Below, piece after piece: positions 10,132-19,596 of a stretch of DNA of 64,000 nt. The notes beneath the pieces are model-generated. The model did not search any database and was not told where the DNA came from. It was given only the letters and a program-made list of their open reading frames with translations. Position 1 is the stretch's first letter. Each line of letters opens with the position of its first letter. The DNA is from Acidithiobacillus sp. Its GTDB lineage: Bacteria > Pseudomonadota > Gammaproteobacteria > Acidithiobacillales > Acidithiobacillaceae. The position numbers and the translations under genes are program-made. The DNA lies in NCBI RefSeq assembly GCF_023229925.1, contig NZ_JALNYM010000004.1, positions 79,998-143,997 of the forward strand, given 5' to 3'.

Positions 10132-12135
10132 ATGATGAAATTGCCCTTGCTGGTTGAACAGTTGCGTGAATATCACCAGCGGCGTCGCAATATTGCCAAA
10201 GCAGTCCATCAAATGGCGCAGCTTTCGGTGGAGCTCGAACTGTTGCCCAGTGGAACTATGCTGCGGATGGAGAATCTTTCGCAGGAAATCGCCCATGATC
10301 AACTGCGCATTTCCTTTTTCGGTGAGTTCGCCCGTGGCAAATCAGAGTTGATTAACGCATTGTTTTTTTCTGACTTGGGCGCGCGTTTAATGCCCTCCGG
10401 ACCTGGGCAGACGACCATGTGTCCTGTGGAAATTCGTCACTGTCATCTGGCCCCTTCTCTCCAGCTATTACCTATCCGCAGTTATACGCTCAGTGATTCT
10501 ATGGAAAAGCTGAAGCGATCCAGGGATCTTTGGTCTGTTTCTCCGCTCAATTCGGAGGATCACAATGCCTGTACGGAGAGTATGGCTCAGCTTACAGAAA
10601 CACTTTGTGTGACTTTGGAAGAGGCGCGCGGCTATGGCCTTTGCCCTCCATTGAAGGGAGCAGGCAATAGTGGGCGAATCAGTAATTGTCCCTCTTGTGG
10701 TGAGGGAAAAGTGCGTATTTCACGCTGGCGTTATGCGTTGCTGCAATGGGCGCACCCGGTGTTGGAAGCTGGGCTGGTGATTCTCGATACACCCGGTCTG
10801 AACTCCCTCGGCAGCGAGGCCGATCTGGGTCTGGAAGCCGCGCGCGAAGCCGATGCCCTGATTTTCGTGCTGAGTGCGGATACCGGGGTTACGCAAAGCG
10901 ATCTGGAGATCTGGGAGCAACTTCTTGGCCGTCGCGCCTTACAGAACCAGTTGGTGGTACTCAACAAAGTGGACATGCTTTGGGATGATCTGCGCGACAC
11001 CGATCAGGAAGCCGCGGCGATCCTCACTCAGCGGGAAATCACGGCGCAGCGACTGAATCTCAACTTGGATCAGGTGGTGGCGGCTTCGGCGCAGAAGGGC
11101 CTGTTGGGCCGTATCCGCAAGGATGAGGCGTTGTGCGCGCGAAGCGGTTTGGACCTTCTTGAAAAAGCCATCGGCGAAATTCTTATTCCGGGCAGGCGTA
11201 ACGCCATGCTCGAAAATGCCCATCGCCTGCTCAACCGGGTGGTGCTTGATCAAAGAGTGTTGCTGGATGAGCAGATTCAGAATCTGGCCGGGGAAATCGA
11301 AAGTATGGAACGCCTGCAGGCGCAAACGGGCGAGCAGTTGCCGCGCCTTTTGGATCGTCAGCAAAAACTGGTGCGGACTTTTGCCAGGGATCGTGATGCC
11401 TTTGGGGTGAAGGAAAAAGAATTTATAGATTCAGCGAATACCTGGCTGCTACAAGCGCTGTCCCTGGAGCGGTTCGACCAGATTATCGAATCCGCACGCG
11501 CCGAATTGCTGGCGGCGTGGACGACGGTAGGTATTTACGATCGCTTTTCGCAGTTTTTTGTCGAAACACTGGTGCAATTTGATGCCGCGCTTGAACGTGC
11601 GAATCGGCTTTCGGCACTGATGCTTGATGCCTATCGCGTTCTGGAGCAGCAATATGGGTTGCCGAAGCTCGATACCATCCCCTACGCTATTTTGCCGCGT
11701 CGGGCCGAGTTGCTGGCCATGATGGAGCGCTACGAACGATTTGGTAAGCGTCTGGAAATCGCAGCGACCACGCAAGGTGCGGTCGTGCGTAAGGCTTTTC
11801 TATCGCTCGCTAATCAGGTGCAGGATTTTGTCGAGGAAACCCGCCGCGAATTGCAGGCATGGGTCAAGGAGTTGCTCGAAATGATGAACCGACAGATGGA
11901 CTTGTATGCGTCTCAGTCTATGGAAAAACTCGAAGCGCTGGGATCCATTGTTGAATCATCGGCAAACATTCAGCCACGCATTCGTGTATTGAGCGAGCAC
12001 CGACAGAAGAAAACGAAACAACTTGAGACTCTGAATAATGCCTATGCCGGATTCGCAGACTTGTTTCAGATCGACACCGAGAACAATCTACCACAACAGT
12101 GCTCCATTATTCCTGGTCATAATCCGGCTGGCTAA
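10132..12135 (+). CDS. Bacterial dynamin-like GTPase
   Basis: G1 GEFARGKS, G2 PGQTT, G3 DTPG, G4 NKVD, followed by a long helical stalk; start uncertain (10120-10135). Confidence 0.85.
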   Translation: MMKLPLLVEQLREYHQRRRNIAKAVHQMAQLSVELELLPSGTMLRMENLSQEIAHDQLRISFFGEFARGKSELINALFFSDLGARLMPSGPGQTTMCPVEIRHCHLAPSLQLLPIRSYTLSDSMEKLKRSRDLWSVSPLNSEDHNACTESMAQLTETLCVTLEEARGYGLCPPLKGAGNSGRISNCPSCGEGKVRISRWRYALLQWAHPVLEAGLVILDTPGLNSLGSEADLGLEAAREADALIFVLSADTGVTQSDLEIWEQLLGRRALQNQLVVLNKVDMLWDDLRDTDQEAAAILTQREITAQRLNLNLDQVVAASAQKGLLGRIRKDEALCARSGLDLLEKAIGEILIPGRRNAMLENAHRLLNRVVLDQRVLLDEQIQNLAGEIESMERLQAQTGEQLPRLLDRQQKLVRTFARDRDAFGVKEKEFIDSANTWLLQALSLERFDQIIESARAELLAAWTTVGIYDRFSQFFVETLVQFDAALERANRLSALMLDAYRVLEQQYGLPKLDTIPYAILPRRAELLAMMERYERFGKRLEIAATTQGAVVRKAFLSLANQVQDFVEETRRELQAWVKELLEMMNRQMDLYASQSMEKLEALGSIVESSANIQPRIRVLSEHRQKKTKQLETLNNAYAGFADLFQIDTENNLPQQCSIIPGHNPAG

Positions 12136-12256
12136 TAAAAATCGCCATTGTTCAGGCGAGGTGTTGGGTGCGCTTCTCGGTCAACCATCGGGATATCGCC
12201 GACCCCGATCAGACAGAAGCAGGCTGACCCGTCTGCCTGCCTCTGTAAAAATAGGT

Positions 12257-12601
12257 TCAGGAGGCATTCTCGTTACGCTGGCGAATCAATTCCTGGTCAA
12301 ATGCATGGTCGATCTCCTGTGAGAGTTTGAGCACTTTGCGGAAGATGGTGGGGTCTGAATCGTCGGCCTGGCTGCGCAGACGCAGGCGGGCAAGGCCATC
12401 AAAGCTGTGCGCACGATCCACGGGAGCATTGGCCGCGTTACACTGATTGCCCAGATAGAGGGCGGTCAGCACCTCAGAGGTCAGCGCATCGTTGAGCTTG
12501 CCTTGCTGCGCCGCACTCAGCGCCGCATCCGGAGCCATGTCCTGCAGGAAAGGGTATCCCAAATGCTGGTCGAGAAATTCTATAAGTTCTTGATAGGTCA
12601 T
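12257..12601 (-). CDS. Hypothetical protein, about 114 aa
   Basis: ATG at 12601 preceded by GGAG; protein-like composition (MTYQELIEFLDQHLGYPF...). Confidence 0.7.
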   Translation of the reverse strand: MTYQELIEFLDQHLGYPFLQDMAPDAALSAAQQGKLNDALTSEVLTALYLGNQCNAANAPVDRAHSFDGLARLRLRSQADDSDPTIFRKVLKLSQEIDHAFDQELIRQRNENAS

Positions 12602-12681
12602 GGTGGACTCCAGGATTAAAGAAAATGAGTCATGCCGTCGTTGAAGTAAACATCTGCACTTCGGCGACACGTTGAAAATGA

Positions 12682-12870
12682 GCAACTATTCACAGGGGAT
12701 ATCGCTATCCCGTCGCGGGCTGACTGAAAAGATGGGGCCAGGGCCTGCAACAGGTCGGTGCCTTGCTTGCATAAGGTGTCCAGATAAGATTGAATCGTAC
12801 AGAAGGTCGTAGCCCCGTCGAAAGTGCGGAGGCCACGAAAGACCTTTTGCTTGACCTTGGGCATACGCCT
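12682..12870 (-). mobile_element. IS66-family remnant: transposase C-terminal fragment plus right terminal inverted repeat
   Basis: RMPKVKQKVFRGLRTFDGATTFCTIQSYLDTLCKQGTDLLQAL resembles the IS66 transposase C-terminus; ends in GTGAATAGTTGC (12693-12682), nearly identical to GTGAATAGTTAC at 25800-25811. Confidence 0.8.
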
Positions 12871-13035
12871 TGTGGTTCCTGAGCGAAAGAGTACACCTAT
12901 CCACCGTCTAAACAAAATGTCTGCGCCCCCAAAATTGCTGCCCTGCGAGATTGCGCTTCCGCCCCCATAGGGACGAGCCATGTGGATCGCCCTTTTCCCC
13001 TTGAAATACCCATCGCTGCGAATCACTTCTCCCAG

Positions 13036-14586
13036 CTAATCCACAATCATCTCCTGCTTCGTCACCGCGCCACGTTTAGGCGAGCGAATAATCAGCAGCA
13101 GTGGAAAAACCACCAGCGTCATCACCAGCATCAGCCAGAAATCATCAATGTACGCGATCATCGTCGCCTGCCGGGTAATTTCCGCGTTGAGCAGGCTCTG
13201 GCCCAAAGCATCATGGGGATTATAGAGCCTGGCCACGGCCGGATTCTGAAAAGCCGGATTACGGTCATCAATGTGGGCGGTCAGCGCCGCGTGAGCAATT
13301 TGCGTGTTACGGGTCAGCAACGTCTCCACCAGAGAAATCCCGATACTGCTGCCGACATTACGCACCAGACTGTAAATCGCCGTGCCGTTAGCCCGCATTT
13401 CCGGGCTCAGGGTCGCAAAGGTGGCGGCACTCAAAGGCACAAAAACCAGACCAATCCCCAGCCCCTGCCAGACGCCCGGCCAAATCACATCACCCTCACT
13501 GATCACCAGACCATAGCTTTGCATTTGCCAGAGGGAAAAAGCCGTGATACCGAAACCGATGGCGAGCAGCAGCTGCAGATTGACCTTGCCTACCAGGCGC
13601 CCGACGAAAAGCATGGCGAACATGGTGCCTAGACCACTCGGTGCCGTTACCCAACCTGCTGCTGTTGCGGTGTAGCCCATCAGATCCTGCAGCATGGTGG
13701 GGATCAGCGCCCGCGATGCAAAGAGCACCAGTCCGACAATAAAGATGAAAAGCAGGCCGGTAACGTAGTTGCGGTCGAAAATCAGCCGGTAATCAAAGAA
13801 GGAACGGTCAAAGGGGGTGTGCCAGGTATGATAGATAAAATATAAGGCTGCGAACCCTGCAATATAGGCTTCTATCCAGATTTCCACCGAAGCGAACCAG
13901 CTCTGCTCTTGTCCGCGATCCAGCAACAACTGCAAGGCCCCGATGGCCAGACTCAGGCTGACGAATCCTGCCATGTCAAAGTGCATCCGCCGCAGCGCCG
14001 AATCCTTGGGGAAGGATTTCCAGATTCCCATAAACGCCATGATCCCCACCGGCACGTTCACAAAAAATACCCAACGCCAGTCCATCGTATCCGTCAGCCA
14101 CCCGCCCAACGTCGGCCCGATGATGGGCCCAATCATTACCCCCATCCCCCACACGGCCATGGCGGAACCCTGCTTTTCCTGAGGGTTGATGTCGAGCAGG
14201 ACGGTTTGCGAAAGCGGCACTAGCGCTGCTCCGAAGATACCCTGCAGCGCCCGCGCAACGACAATTTCCCCCAGCGAAGTAGAAATGCCGCACCACATGG
14301 AGGCCAGCGTGAACCCCAGTACCGAGGCCAGCAAGATGGTACGCTGACCAAAGCGGTCACAGAGCCAGCCGGTCAGTGGTGTGGCAATGGCCGTCGCTAC
14401 AATATATGAGGTCAGCACCCAGCCGATTTGGTTCAGAGACGCAGACAGGCTGCCTTGCATATGCGGCAGGGCCACGTTGGCGATGGTGCTGTCCAGGGTC
14501 TGCATGATGGTAGCCAGCATGATGGACAGGGTAATGAGGGGTCGATTCAGCCCCTCTGTGCGGACTGCGGTGCTCTCCACGGTCAT
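13036..14586 (-). CDS. DHA2-family (EmrB/QacA) MFS efflux transporter
   Basis: MQTLDSTIANVALPHMQG, WVLTSYIVATAI and WRWVFFVNVPVG motifs; start MTVES at 14586 overlaps the MarR stop. Confidence 0.92.
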   Translation of the reverse strand: MTVESTAVRTEGLNRPLITLSIMLATIMQTLDSTIANVALPHMQGSLSASLNQIGWVLTSYIVATAIATPLTGWLCDRFGQRTILLASVLGFTLASMWCGISTSLGEIVVARALQGIFGAALVPLSQTVLLDINPQEKQGSAMAVWGMGVMIGPIIGPTLGGWLTDTMDWRWVFFVNVPVGIMAFMGIWKSFPKDSALRRMHFDMAGFVSLSLAIGALQLLLDRGQEQSWFASVEIWIEAYIAGFAALYFIYHTWHTPFDRSFFDYRLIFDRNYVTGLLFIFIVGLVLFASRALIPTMLQDLMGYTATAAGWVTAPSGLGTMFAMLFVGRLVGKVNLQLLLAIGFGITAFSLWQMQSYGLVISEGDVIWPGVWQGLGIGLVFVPLSAATFATLSPEMRANGTAIYSLVRNVGSSIGISLVETLLTRNTQIAHAALTAHIDDRNPAFQNPAVARLYNPHDALGQSLLNAEITRQATMIAYIDDFWLMLVMTLVVFPLLLIIRSPKRGAVTKQEMIVD

Positions 14587-15026
14587 CGGGAGGATTCTTC
14601 GGTAAAGCGCTGCAAACGCTGCAGGATATTCGTTGCTTGTTGTAACGCAGTAGCATCCAGGCCATCCAGCATTTCGCGGCGGAAGTCGCCGGCGACACGC
14701 TTCACCTCCGCATACACGGTCTGCCCCGCGGGCGTCAGCAACACCCGTCGGATACGCCGGTCTTCCGGAGCGATCTCGCGGCGTACCAATCCAGCGCGCT
14801 GTAACCGGTCCACCATGGCTACCACCGTCGGCCCTTCCACCGAGAGACGATGCGCCAGTTCGGTCTGGGTGAGGGGGGGGTCCGCCCGCGCCAGAAAAGC
14901 GATACCCATCCAACTCGCCTGGCTCAGTCCGAGATCCTTCAGGCGACGATCCAGCGCGTGGCGCCAGGCCCGGGCGCTGTCATGCAGGGCCCGGGCAAAC
15001 GCTTCCTGCAACAGCTCTTTGCTCAT
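14583..15026 (-). CDS. MarR/SlyA-family transcriptional regulator
   Basis: ARAWRHALDRRLKDLGLSQ...LVRREIAPEDRRIRRVLLT winged-helix pattern. Confidence 0.92.
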   Translation of the reverse strand: MSKELLQEAFARALHDSARAWRHALDRRLKDLGLSQASWMGIAFLARADPPLTQTELAHRLSVEGPTVVAMVDRLQRAGLVRREIAPEDRRIRRVLLTPAGQTVYAEVKRVAGDFRREMLDGLDATALQQATNILQRLQRFTEESSR

Positions 15027-15059
15027 GATTCCCTCCGGTATTTTTAGCCGCCCAGATTA

Positions 15060-15086
15060 TTAGGGTACTTATACTTAGTGCTCTAT
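15060..15086. promoter_or_regulatory. Two tandem SlyA-like operator boxes upstream of the marR gene
   Basis: TTAGGGTACTTA (15060-15071) and TTAGTGCTCTAT (15075-15086), each one mismatch from the TTAG-N4-CTAA SlyA pattern. Confidence 0.45.
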
Positions 15087-15215
15087 CTATTTACAAGAGA
15101 AGTCACGCACCCAAAAATAACCCCTGAAAACCCAGTCGACATGCCTAAGCCCACGACATCACCTTGACAGAAGCGCAGGGCTCCGCCATGGTGGCCTAAA
15201 TTTACGAGGACCCTC

Positions 15216-16034
15216 ATGCTGCATTTTCCGGATATCAACACCGTCGGGTTCCAGCTTGGCCCTGTCACCATTCACTGGTACGGTCTGCTGGAAATCATCA
15301 GCTTTGTTATCGCCACCGTCTGGCTCATCCGGCGCGGTCGCATGGCGCACTGGAACTGGCGCAAAGAGCAGGTCGTCGACCTGGAATTTTATGTGGCCGT
15401 CGGCGCCATACTGGGTGGCCGGGTGGGTTACGTGCTCTGGTACAACCTTCCCTATTATCTCGCCAATCCCGGGAAAATGCTGGCCATCTGGGATGGCGGT
15501 ATGTCCTTTCACGGTGGCCTGTTGGGGGTTGTCATCGCCTGCTGGGTATTTGCACGGTTCCATCAGCAACATACCTTTCTGCCTACGCTGGATTTCATCG
15601 CGCCAGCCGTGCCCATCGGGTTGGGTTTGGGGCGACTGGCCAATTTTATCAACGACCAGCTTTTCGGCCGTGTCAGTCACCTGCCCTGGGCCATGGTCTT
15701 TCCCGCCGGTGGTCCGCAATCCAGGCAACCCTCGCAACTCTATGAGTTTCTGCTGGAGGGCGTTCTGCTCTTGCTGATTCTGGCCATCTACAGTCGCAAA
15801 GCGCGTCCTGCCGGTGCCGTTGGCGGTATGTTTGTCCTCTTTTATGGCATTTTCCGTTTCATCGCGGAATACGCGCGCCAGCCGGATATTCAGTTGGGCT
15901 TTGTCTTCGGTCACTACACCATGGGCCAGGTCCTATCCGTGCCCATGATTATTCTCGGCCCGCTGGTGATCTGGTGGGCCTATAAGGGCGGATTCTCCGA
16001 ATCGCCCCAAACCACATTGGCAGCCGATCATTAA
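15216..16034 (+). CDS. lgt: Prolipoprotein diacylglyceryl transferase
   Basis: IHWYGL, LGGRVGY, GGMSFHGG and GLGRLANFIN motifs. Confidence 0.96.
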   Translation: MLHFPDINTVGFQLGPVTIHWYGLLEIISFVIATVWLIRRGRMAHWNWRKEQVVDLEFYVAVGAILGGRVGYVLWYNLPYYLANPGKMLAIWDGGMSFHGGLLGVVIACWVFARFHQQHTFLPTLDFIAPAVPIGLGLGRLANFINDQLFGRVSHLPWAMVFPAGGPQSRQPSQLYEFLLEGVLLLLILAIYSRKARPAGAVGGMFVLFYGIFRFIAEYARQPDIQLGFVFGHYTMGQVLSVPMIILGPLVIWWAYKGGFSESPQTTLAADH

Positions 16035-16054
16035 CTGCTGCACGTTGCATCCGC

Positions 16055-18046
16055 ATGACGCCCATGGCTGATGAGCTCAACCCACCACAGCAGGAAGCCG
16101 TAAAACACATCCACGGCCCCTTGCTGGTGCTGGCCGGGGCCGGATCGGGCAAGACCCGGGTCATCACCCGGAAAATCGTTCATCTTATCCGCGAGCAGCA
16201 GGTTGCCCCCAAACACATTTGCGCCGTGACCTTCACCAATAAGGCCGCACGCGAGATGAAAAGCCGCGTCGCTGAGGCTTTGCGGGGCCATAACAGCCGC
16301 GGCCTGATGGTCTCCACCTTCCATCATCTCGGCCTGCAAATCCTGCGCAAAGACATCGAGCGCCTGGGCTATCGCGGTAACTTCAGCGTCATTGACCCGG
16401 GCGACAGCTTGGGGATGGTCCGTAACCTGCTCCGCGAGGCCAACGGCCCCAGCGATCTCGCCGAAGCCATCCAGGCCCGTATCTCCCGTTTCAAGAATGA
16501 CGGTTTCTTCCCCGAGGAAGCGCATGCGGATGACCGCTTCGGTCAGGAGGCCGCCAATATCTATACGTCATATCAGCGCTCTCTCAGTGCCTGCAACGCC
16601 GTGGATCTGGATGATCTCATCCTCCTGCCCACCCGCCTGCTGCAAGACCACGCAGAGGCCCGCCACGCCTGGCAGGATCGTATCCGCTACCTGCTGGTGG
16701 ATGAATATCAGGACAGCAACGGCGCACAGTACCGCCTGGTGCAGAGTCTGCTGGGCACCCGTCACAACCTGACGGCGGTGGGTGACGACGACCAGAGCAT
16801 CTACTCCTGGCGGGGTGCGGCCGCCGACAACCTGCATCGGCTGGCGCAGGATTTCCCCAACCTCAAAGTCGTTAAACTGGAGCAGAACTACCGTTCCACC
16901 GGTCGCATTCTCCAGGCCGCCAATGCGGTCATTGCGCAAAATCCCCACCTCTTTGAAAAGCGCTTGTGGAGCACGCTGGGCGATGGCCACGGTATCCGCG
17001 CCCTGCGCTGCGCCAACGAGGCCGACGAGGCGGAGCAAGTGGTCAATGCCATTCTCCGCGACCGCTTTCAGCGGCAGGGTGAATACCGCGATTACGCCAT
17101 TCTGTACCGCAGCAACCATCAGGCCCGCCCCTTTGAAGCGGCCCTGCGCAATGCCCGGATTCCATACCAGATATCCGGCGGGCTCTCCTTCTTTGAACGC
17201 AGTGAAATCAAGGATTTTTTGTCCTACCTGCGGCTACTGGTCAACTCCGACGATGATCCCGCTTTCCTGCGTGCGGTCAACACGCCACGTCGGGGCATCG
17301 GCAGCGGCACCCTGGAACGCCTGGGCGCCTTCGCCAAGGAGCGAAATCTCTCGCTGTTCGCCGCGCTTTGGGAAGACGCGCTGGAGTTGCCTGAAAAGGC
17401 GCGCACCGCTCTGCGTAGCTTCGCTGGCTGGGTGAATCTCAAGGCTGGTGAGGTGGACAAAGCCGAACTGATCCCAGCCCTGCAGCGCCTACCCGAGGAA
17501 ATCGGCTATCTGCAGTATCTACAGAGTGAAGGTGACGAAAAAGAGGCGGGGCGCCGCTGGGAGAATATTCAGGAACTCCTCAACTGGATGCAGCGCCTGC
17601 AGGAACAGGACGAAGGCCCGCAAACCCTCGCGGAGATTCTCAACCGCCTGATGCTCTTCAACGTGCTGGAGCGCGAAGAGGACGACGAACGCGATGTGCT
17701 GCGCCTGTCCACCCTGCACGCCGCTAAAGGGCTGGAATTCCCGCAGGTGTTTCTGGTTGGTGCCGAGGAAGAACTGCTACCCCACCGCAACAGCGAAACC
17801 TCGGAGCAGATTGAAGAAGAACGTCGCCTCTTCTATGTGGGCATGACCCGCGCCCGCTTCCGCCTGACCCTGAGTCTCTGTCGTAAGCGTCGCCGCTACG
17901 GCCAAGAGGTCCATCCAGAACCCTCCCGCTTCCTCCGGGAGATCCCTAAAGAGCACCTGGACTGGCAGGGCGACCAGAATCCGGAAGAAGAAATGGACCC
18001 CACTGCCGCTTTCGCCCGCCTCCGGGAGATGCTCGGCAAAACCTGA
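16055..18046 (+). CDS. rep: ATP-dependent DNA helicase Rep (UvrD family)
   Basis: AGAGSGKTRVIT, VDEYQD, VGDDDQSIY, LEQNYRST and TLHAAKGLEF motifs; short C-terminus typical of Rep. Confidence 0.9.
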   Translation: MTPMADELNPPQQEAVKHIHGPLLVLAGAGSGKTRVITRKIVHLIREQQVAPKHICAVTFTNKAAREMKSRVAEALRGHNSRGLMVSTFHHLGLQILRKDIERLGYRGNFSVIDPGDSLGMVRNLLREANGPSDLAEAIQARISRFKNDGFFPEEAHADDRFGQEAANIYTSYQRSLSACNAVDLDDLILLPTRLLQDHAEARHAWQDRIRYLLVDEYQDSNGAQYRLVQSLLGTRHNLTAVGDDDQSIYSWRGAAADNLHRLAQDFPNLKVVKLEQNYRSTGRILQAANAVIAQNPHLFEKRLWSTLGDGHGIRALRCANEADEAEQVVNAILRDRFQRQGEYRDYAILYRSNHQARPFEAALRNARIPYQISGGLSFFERSEIKDFLSYLRLLVNSDDDPAFLRAVNTPRRGIGSGTLERLGAFAKERNLSLFAALWEDALELPEKARTALRSFAGWVNLKAGEVDKAELIPALQRLPEEIGYLQYLQSEGDEKEAGRRWENIQELLNWMQRLQEQDEGPQTLAEILNRLMLFNVLEREEDDERDVLRLSTLHAAKGLEFPQVFLVGAEEELLPHRNSETSEQIEEERRLFYVGMTRARFRLTLSLCRKRRRYGQEVHPEPSRFLREIPKEHLDWQGDQNPEEEMDPTAAFARLREMLGKT

Positions 18047-18074
18047 TAAGTGCGTTCGCCACGCATAAAATCAG

Positions 18075-18104
18075 AGAGGCGATCCGGTTGTGTGGATCGC
18101 CTCT
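18075..18104. terminator. Hairpin between convergent rep and rpsT
   Basis: AGAGGCGATCC / GGATCGCCTCT perfect 11-bp stem. Confidence 0.6.
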
Positions 18105-18149
18105 TCTGCTCGGCATCCCACTCGGACTGCGGGATGCGCTTACCTGCCT

Positions 18150-18425
18150 TTACTGAGCGACGTTACCCATCGCTTTGACGCGGGCCGAGAGCCGGCTTTT
18201 GGTGCGGGCCGCCATGTTGCGGTGTGCCACACCCTTGCCAACCGTCTTGTCGATGACCGACTCCGCAGCGCGGAGCGCGCTGCGGGCCTGCTCCTGGTCA
18301 CCAAGGTGTACGGCCTTCAGCACACCCTTTACATAGGTGCGCAAGCGCGAGCGCAGACTGGCATTGTGCAAGCGCCGCTTTTCATTTTGTAATACGCGCT
18401 TGCGCGCCTGAGCTGTATTGGCCAA
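18150..18425 (-). CDS. rpsT: 30S ribosomal protein S20
   Basis: ANTAQARKRVLQNEKRRLHNASLRSRLRT...HRNMAARTKSRL; TTG start behind GGAGAG. Confidence 0.96.
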   Translation of the reverse strand: MANTAQARKRVLQNEKRRLHNASLRSRLRTYVKGVLKAVHLGDQEQARSALRAAESVIDKTVGKGVAHRNMAARTKSRLSARVKAMGNVAQ

Positions 18426-18563
18426 CTTTGTACTCTCCATATCTACAATCCCGCGTTTGCGGGAAATGAAGTCGCGTATTCTGGCGCCATCGCCCAACCC
18501 TGTCAATATCAATGGATTGCAAAAACCATCGGGCACTACGAAAATGGGGACCCCTGGCCCGTT

Positions 18564-19577
18564 TTACCCTTGCATCACATGGACATGCTCTGGTACCACC
18601 TGCACCCACAGCTCGGTGCCTGGCGCCAGAGACCTGCCTTCGCACTGCAAGCGCGGTAACAGCATATCCAAAGATAAAGCCCCTTCCATTCTGACACGCA
18701 AGGCAACACCCTCCTCCCGGAGGCTCAAGACCCGCAGTTTCAGGGCATTCGGCGCTGAGCCGTCCGGGGTATGGTCCGGCACGATATCCTCGGAACGAAT
18801 GGCCACGGTTACCGCCATCCCCGGACGCATGCCGTGCTGCAAGCCGGTACGCAGGCGCCAGTCGGCTTTTGCTCCTGCCACCACCATTCCGGCTCTCTCT
18901 ATTTCCTCAATACGCCCCGCCAGGAAATTACGAAACCCCAGCAAACGCGCCACTCCCGTAGTGGCGGGTCGCGCAAACACCGCACGGGGAGACCCTTCTT
19001 GCGCAACACGTCCATCCAGCAGCACCGCCATGTGATCTGCGCGCATCGCCAAGTGCGGATCATGACTCACCGCCAGCACCGGCACCCCAAATTCGTGGAC
19101 CTCACGGATGAGTTCGTCCAGAATTTCGTCGCGGGTGGCCATGTCCAGCGCCGAGGTAGGCTCGTCCAGCAGCAGCAGCTTAGGACGCCGGGCCAGAGCG
19201 CGGGCGAGCGCCACCCGCTGACGTTGCCCGCCGGAGAGGGCCGCCGGATAACGCTCTGCCAGATCGACAAGCCCCACGCGCGTTAGCAAATCCATAGCCT
19301 GCGCGCGGCGGCCTGCGCCCCTGGGCAGCGGAAAGGCGACGTTTTCCCAAGCCCGCAGGTGCGGAAAAAGCGCATAACCCTGAGGCAAATAACCGATAGG
19401 GCGCTGCTCGGCAGCAAGGTCGCCGAAAGGATGCCCACGCGCCGGAATCAAGCCAGCGATGGCCTTGAGCAGCATCGTCTTGCCCTCTCCGGAATGACCG
19501 AGCAGGACGGTGAAATCCCGCACTCCCATCTGAATATCCAGCGTGACCGGCTTTTCCAACAGATAGCGAATTTCCAT
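18564..19577 (-). CDS. ABC transporter ATP-binding protein, ModC/WtpC-like with C-terminal TOBE-like region
   Basis: Walker A GHSGEGKT, LSGGQRQRVALARAL, LLLDEP; adjacent to a ModB-like permease. Confidence 0.85.
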   Translation of the reverse strand: MEIRYLLEKPVTLDIQMGVRDFTVLLGHSGEGKTMLLKAIAGLIPARGHPFGDLAAEQRPIGYLPQGYALFPHLRAWENVAFPLPRGAGRRAQAMDLLTRVGLVDLAERYPAALSGGQRQRVALARALARRPKLLLLDEPTSALDMATRDEILDELIREVHEFGVPVLAVSHDPHLAMRADHMAVLLDGRVAQEGSPRAVFARPATTGVARLLGFRNFLAGRIEEIERAGMVVAGAKADWRLRTGLQHGMRPGMAVTVAIRSEDIVPDHTPDGSAPNALKLRVLSLREEGVALRVRMEGALSLDMLLPRLQCEGRSLAPGTELWVQVVPEHVHVMQG

Positions 19578-19596
19578 AAATTTCAGTGCAATGCCA

